From Podarcis liolepis (taxonomy: Eukaryota), in assembly GCA_965112155.1 (NCBI GenBank), contig OZ218103.1: 64,000 nucleotides of DNA. One strand, written 5' to 3'. Position 1 is the first letter of the stretch, and each line of letters starts with the position of its first letter. Shown here one piece after another: positions 63,193-64,000 of the stretch. A program made the translations under genes and the position numbers. Under the pieces are notes generated by a model. That model was not told where the DNA came from and did no database searches. It worked only from the letters and a program-made list of their open reading frames with translations.

Positions 63193-63950
63193 GGTATATA
63201 TGTATCTGGATTTCTGGTGCTGATTTTATGTGCATGGTTTTATGCTTGACTTTAATAATGCACAGGGAATATATGTAACTCCTCTTTTATTAGGTCAAAT
63301 CCAATGAAATCCCCATACTAGCAGAATGCTCATACAGTGGAACTTCCTCTCCTTTTTCTCCCCCATGCACTGCCTTCAGCCCTCTCAAATCTGCTCCAGA
63401 GGGTTGGGGAAACCACCAGAGCAGATATCGGAGGGGTGCAGCGGCGTGCAGCAGGAGGAGAGGCATTTCACTCATGCAATGACTTCATTGGATAAAACCC
63501 ATTATCTCCAATGGCCAGGACAAATTTAAGCAGTTACATGTGAAACTAAATAGTCATTCAAACTCTTTTCCCTTTCGTTTTAAGTCCATGAGTAGTGCCA
63601 TAGGTGTAAACCTTTCTTTACTGATTGTCATATTTATCTGACTCCTCCTTGACAGCAAGTGCTGGCTTGGCTTTCCAGTTTCCTCTTACTTGTTCTTTGG
63701 TTGTAGGTGAAGTCATCTCCAGGTATCCCATTAGCATCCCAAGCATGTGCCTTGATAGTATAGAGAGTTCCTGGGTCTAGATTGGAAAATATCAGGGAGT
63801 CGTTTGTGGTGTTTTCTTTCAACATGCTCCCCAAACCATCAGATCTCATGATAGACACAAAGAATCCAACAGCCATATATACAGCTCTCCAACTCACAAC
63901 AATGTTGTCATAACTTTGGGAACTTGCTGTCAGGATTGGTGCAGCGAGCA
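52961..63950 (-). CDS. FNDC7: Fibronectin type III domain-containing protein 7 (3' portion; 5' exons lie beyond the window end)
   Basis: Symmetric phase-1 exons, each one FN3 repeat (mostly Cys-rich): 63950-63690, 62855-62598, 61181-60927, 59011-58754, 57548-57294, 56080-55826, 54850-54587 (…FCPKKIYS). Then 53793-53764 (VTCSGSSVGM) and 53022-52961 (VIYRGKRSSEHYQVLQEKRE*). The C-terminal CPKKIYSVTCSG..GMVIYRGKR matches recalled FNDC7, a neighbour of PRPF38B in mammals. Confidence 0.9.
55034..55384 (+). mobile_element. Full-length Sauria (POM-type) SINE
   Basis: tRNA-like head GGGATGTGGGTGGCGCTGTGGG…GGCTCGAATCCC, (ACCTTT)n tail, 11-bp TSD TAGGACAGTAA (55023-55033, 55385-55395). Confidence 0.92.
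59044..59850 (-). mobile_element. L2-like LINE 3' fragment split by a ~260-bp solo-LTR-like insert (59316-59575)
   Basis: The LINE-like sequence GAAGGTGCC|…|CGCCATGCAAGCCTCC is interrupted by a TGTTA…TAATA segment with a minus-strand AATAAA. Confidence 0.55.
60502..60687. mobile_element. hAT MITE
   Basis: TIRs CAGGGGTAGTCAACC / GGTTGACAACCCCTG; perfect 8-bp TSD TCTTAGAG. Confidence 0.9.
62900..63192 (+). mobile_element. L2/CR1-clade LINE 3' end with (TAT)n microsatellite tail
   Basis: …GCCGCCCAGAGTGACTGGGGAAACCCAGCCAGATGGGCGGGGTATAAATAATAAA(TTA)n; same family as 43568-44230. Confidence 0.7.
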
Positions 63951-64000
63951 CTGTGAATAAGCAAAAAGATACGTTAGGTTTAGTGGGATTTTGTACCTGT

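Overview
Vertebrate genomic DNA, most likely a lacertid lizard (it carries Sauria/POM-type SINEs with (ACCTTT)n tails). Four spliced protein-coding genes were reconstructed by hand from GT-AG boundaries and recalled protein similarity. FAM102B/EEIG2 (+) has 10 coding exons at 9460-23487, with its first exon upstream of the window. HENMT1, the piRNA 2'-O-methyltransferase (-), has 6 exons at 36540-28818, ~380 aa. PRPF38B (+) has 6 exons at 40395-50457, 568 aa, and starts in a CpG island head-to-head with HENMT1. The 3' part of FNDC7 (-) has 9 coding exons at 63950-52961. Introns and intergenic DNA hold many hAT and Tc1/mariner MITEs with intact target-site duplications (TSDs), SINEs, CR1/L2 fragments and solo-LTR-like pieces, plus a 188-N assembly gap. 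The most striking non-genic structure is a 244-bp insertion with a 12-bp TSD in the last HENMT1 intron. It is a near-perfect 206-bp palindrome, and each strand encodes a minimal type I hammerhead ribozyme of the Penelope-like-element kind. Decayed relatives occur elsewhere in the window. Other leads are a candidate poison exon in PRPF38B intron 4, FNDC7 convergent with PRPF38B, and a furin/amidation-like RGKR motif near the FNDC7 C-terminus.
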